From NCBI GenBank assembly GCA_001938485.1, contig MQRK01245452.1, forward strand, positions 1 through 64,000: a stretch of 64,000 nt of DNA, read 5' to 3'. Source of the stretch: Girardia tigrina (Eukaryota). Each line of letters begins with the position of its first letter. The stretch's first letter is position 1. Below the pieces are notes generated by a model. It was not told the DNA's origin, did not search any database, and saw only the letters and a list, made by a program, of their open reading frames with translations. Both the position numbers and the translations under genes were made by a program. Below, one piece after another: positions 59,632 to 64,000 of the stretch.

Positions 59632-61288
59632 GATTAGCCTGCTTTTAAACGCTTGTCTAAATACTGACACCTCCACTCTAAGTTTCACCTTAAAGTCTTA
59701 CTTTGTACACCCTAGTGTATAAAATAACTAGCACGAACAGTATTTTCCTCATTAATAAAAGCAATCGTTCTCGAAGTTTTCGTGACAAATACAATCATGT
59801 ATCTTTTTAGTTATCTATTTATAAAGATTTACGAATTACTCATTGGCAATATATAAGTAGATTCAAATTATATTATCAGACTTTTCCTGAAGTACATAAT
59901 TTTGTAAGTTTAGGAATTAAAATTATTAACTGATAAATGTAATAATAGTAATTTCTGTCAATAGTTATGAATAATTACAGACTGAATATTTTACATAAAT
60001 ATATATAGACAAATCAAATACAATAGTGCATTTTTTAATGAGAAATGCGTTAATAAAGTAAAAAAAAAGATTATCATTAGAAAGTAACTCGTAAATCAAA
60101 TTCGCCAAATTTTATTTAATAACAGATATCGTTTTAAACAACGATTTTTTAACGTAAATTGTGATAAATTTTTGATATCAAAAAACCTTTACATACAAAC
60201 ACAAACATGCACACACATCCAATCAGAGTATTACATTCCCATAAATATACATTTCAAATATTCATACAGTTCAATATTCACTCAACCACAAAAACAAAAA
60301 AAAACAAAGATCTCTCCATTTAAAGACAGAAATCAATAATAAAGGAATCACATGATTCTAAATTATGACAGACAACAATTATTTACACGTCAAAATAAAA
60401 CATTGAAAACATACACGATGAAGAAACCATATCAAAGTGGTGGTTTTTAAATTATTTAATTTTATATTTATTTCACTTTACTATAATATAATTACAAAAT
60501 TTGGCTCAAATAAAGGCTCAAAAGCTATCACAACGCAAACAAAACGAGAGAGGAAAACGAAACGAGGCATAATGGTCGATACATACATCTGCATTCAATT
60601 ATTCACGTTCGAGCAGAACCGTCACATAAAAGTAAATGAAAATATCAGTTGGTTGATCCCAGCCGCCACTCCTCACGGGCTCGCCAAGTCTTAAAACATA
60701 ATCTGTTACATCAACAGAACATGGATGCAACAGACCGTCATTGTGGACGTACGGAGAGAGAGGGGGATTATTTCCGTTAACGGAAACTTCGAGTCCATTC
60801 GGAAATATTTGCGAATAATTTGCGGCACCGATCGGTGTCTGACGATTTGGAGTGACACCTTAAAATCTTAGCATAATTATCCATTTATATTTTGGTATTT
60901 CTTTATCAAAGTATTTAGTTTTTGAGACAATTAAGTGCGCATTCTTCGTGAATTTAAACGAAATACACTGATTATAAAAGGTCTTATACATAAAAGTGTT
61001 CATCGATTTGGAACGAGACAAAGGCTCCAATAGTGATTGGTAAAAGACACAGTGTAGATGTGCAGTTCGGATTTGATACCCCTGAAACGATTTTCGGAAG
61101 CTTTACACATTTGACTTCAACTTAGCGGTATGTTTTGAATGGAACATTTACACAACCTGTGAAAACCTTGTATGGTGCCGCAATATTTGATGATGACAAT
61201 ATATGACTAGCTACTTTTAAACGCTTGTCTAAATACTGACACCTCCACTCTAAGTTTCACATTAAACTCTTACTTTGTACACTCTAGT
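59632..61288. repeat. Pair of near-identical direct repeats of about 85 bp (59632-59716 and 61205-61288)
   Basis: CTTTTAAACGCTTGTCTAAATACTGACACCTCCACTCTAAGTTTCAC...TTACTTTGTACAC.CTAGT in both copies. Confidence 0.9.
60599..60858 (-). CDS. Probable terminal coding exon (85 aa) of an unidentified minus-strand gene
   Basis: Acceptor ttttaag, then an open phase-1 frame VTPNRQTPIGAANYSQIFPNGLEVSVNGNNPPLSPYVHND...LLERE*. GC content is raised, and the downstream sequence is U/GU-rich like a 3' UTR, with AATAAA near 60112-60117. Confidence 0.45.
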
Positions 61289-61639
61289 ACAGCGGTTCTC
61301 AGATGATGACGTATAGACTAGCTGATACCACTAAATATACAATATATATTACAAGGTACAAGTAATCAAGTATTTCTGAGTCCGGGTAATGAAGGGCTGT
61401 AAATTTGTATTTATATTATCAGTTATTTTGTTTAATAATCCAATATACTTTGATTATTTGAATTATTAAATAACATTTATCAATTTCCATTTTTTTGCCA
61501 TTAATTCTCTAGTGATCATTGTAAGTGAATGTCATTCGAAATATTCCGTAAAGGTATAAAAGTTTTATATATGATATTCTAAACGGTATACTGTGTTTAA
61601 TTTTTGAATATCTGAAATTGTTATTTATTTTCAAGTTTC

Positions 61640-62720
61640 AATGTAATTAAAGCTCCAGACATTCTTTCTCGCTTTGATCCACCAATTTTTATTTCCATCT
61701 TAAATGGACATTTTTTCTTTATTTCCTTTTATTGCTCTAACTCTCTGTTTTTTCTCCCTGTGTCAATTGATAAACCTCTGTTTATACAACTCTCAAGTAA
61801 TAATAACTTTTCAACTTATCAATAAAAGTAAGGAATGAGTTTTTCAAATTCCTTTAAATTTCACTTTACTGAATTTGTATAATTACCACTCTTGTTACTT
61901 AAAACTTCTATAATGATAATAATTTTCATCCGTATATATTATTTTTGGTTAATTTGTACAATTAACCACAAGATTTATATTTATATTTATTTATTTTATA
62001 TTATATATTTATTTGGATTTTTATTTATATTTATTTCTTTCACTCTTCTAACCCTGACTGGAAGCTCTTACTTTAATCGATCGTTACCATATAAGCTGGA
62101 AAAGATTGCTCAAATACCTAAGTGTATAATATAAATTAATATAAGATCAATAATATTATTTTAAAATTTAACCAATATCGCTAATAGTGATTAACAGAAT
62201 TTAAATGAGTTTAATAACTGGCAACAGTTAGAAACATGTTGTAGACTTGTCATTAAGCTTCAATATTTTGTTGTACTTTTGCAGTTAGCAGGATAGTATT
62301 AGATTCTATTAGCCTGGTACTTATCAAATTTAGAGAAATTATATAAAACCACTAATATATTTTTGGTATCTAAAATCTAAAGTAAGAACAGTATACTGAT
62401 CCAGATTCAGTAATTTTACTGCAATCATTTCCGGATATATCGATAAATTCCCGATTTTGGTCCGTTAGTTATTCTGCGATTCTTTTTATCAGATACTGTA
62501 AGATTATTTGATTTCTTAACGACTTTCATTGTTGTAATTCATCTCGTTAATTCTACCTTTGTTATAGCTGTTTCTAGATTGAATTATTATTTACTTAAAT
62601 TATTAAACTAAGCTATTTTATCATTTTTTTATAATAACGTAATTGAAGAACAGTAACTGAACAATCTCTGTTTTCGGTTGACTTCCTCAACTGTTAGCAT
62701 TACTCTTTATTATTACTTTC
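61640..62720 (-). mobile_element. Possible highly decayed LINE RT remnant
   Basis: Strand-biased broken ORFs with faint GPDGI- and YRPI-like stretches. Confidence 0.25.
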
Positions 62721-63277
62721 ATTTTTTTCACATACAGTATGAATATCTCACTATGAGAGATGAAGTTTTGACAATTATCTGTGTTTAGACTATGTTGATT
62801 TTCAAGCAAGATTGAGCTCCTCCATACTTTGCTATCATTTCATCGTGAATGACTGAATTATCATTTTCCTGGAAGATGAATTTGTCGTCGGTGTTCGCAC
62901 GAATGACCACTTATAAGTTCTGCCTTAGCACCATGTGACTTTTTACTTTGGGCTTGGTAGAAAGTGTAAGTTTTCTCAACGAAACCAAGAAATTTGGAAG
63001 AAATTAAAGGGCAAATACATTAATTGACGGCTTTCATCTCTCAAACGTTTCTTGTGAAATCAGTTGATGCGATTCGTGGTAAACTTAGGTAACTGGTGCC
63101 TGTATTAAATTTTAAATAAAGTCCATACAGTAGACCCCACGTGTTTCATGTTAATTCCTTATTGTGCAATTCTATTTCTCAGATATTATAAGATTGTTTG
63201 AAATAAATGTATTTTATATATTAAATCAATATATTGAATATTTCTTTTTATCGCGAGAAACAGAAAAGCAACTTTAA

Positions 63278-63517
63278 CCCTAGCTTTACCAAATATTGGC
63301 TAACCCGAAAATCAGATTTATCTAATTAATTTCCTCATTTTATAATTTTTGGTTCTGTAATCTTCTTTTTTGGTGCAATACTGCATTTGGTAATGACAAT
63401 TTCTGATATCTAAATGTATAAAGATGTCACAAATAAATTAATTCTATAATTATAGAGTATAAAAATATTAATATTCTGAAAACGGGTTATGTGTGACCCA
63501 CATTTGGTATCCAAAGT
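63278..63517. mobile_element. Decayed piggyBac-like MITE
   Basis: TTAA-CCCTAGCTTTACCAAAT..TAACCCG ... CGGGTTA..ATTTGGTATCCAAAG-TTTAA. Confidence 0.5.
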
Positions 63518-64000
63518 TTAAAAATTATTTTAGAAATTACATGGTTTAATGTAATGAAATTAACAAAAATTTTGTGAATATTTTGTACATATTTTCGCAA
63601 TGAGATTTGCAAATCGCCTGCTACAGTTCACACACGATTCTGTGCTTTTTATTTTTCAGATACAACTCTGTTATTTATTCTAAGATTTCAGTTTCCTGTC
63701 AAACCAGCATTTATATTCGTAAATTTTTTTGAAAATTTCAAACCTTTTGTTTCATTTACTGCTTGTTTCATTTAATTAAGGAATTATCTCATTGATTGAA
63801 AGAATTCTTTTAACCAATGTGATAATTATTTATTATTTAAAAAAAACTAAAAAAATCTTACATTATTTGAAAAAAATGTATTTTAATAAATATTACTAAG
63901 CCAGAGGGACATATTTATTAAAAAATAAAAATAGACAAAATAAAAAAAATTAATAAAGATATCTTCTTAAGAATAAGTTGTGATAGATGCCCGGTCAACA

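Overview
Very AT-rich eukaryotic DNA, by gene content an invertebrate animal; the species cannot be determined from the sequence. Three intact genes can be reconstructed by hand. (1) An intronless, divergent CDK-family kinase (1403-2488 +). (2) A 9-exon K+-dependent Na+/Ca2+ exchanger of the SLC24/NCKX family (26646 to 9061, minus strand, about 507 aa). (3) A 6-exon uridine-cytidine kinase (26944-41048 +), head-to-head with the NCKX gene across only about 300 bp. A probable last exon of a fourth, minus-strand gene lies at 60599-60858. Introns and intergenic DNA are full of decayed and often nested transposons: mariner, DD41D, Tc1, pogo/Tigger, hAT, MULE, piggyBac MITEs, Penelope-like, LINE, gypsy, a solo LTR and several DINE-1/HINE-like (Helentron-associated) elements. 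Orphan fragments of host genes are scattered among them: a peroxiredoxin exon, a divergent homeobox, a cyclin box and RPL9. The most testable observations are a His-to-Phe change at the uridine-specificity residue of the UCK, a natural 'AF' Gly-loop in the CDK, a nested HINE foldback, and the gene-fragment collection. All family calls come from motif recognition, not database searches. No rRNA, tRNA or CRISPR array was seen.
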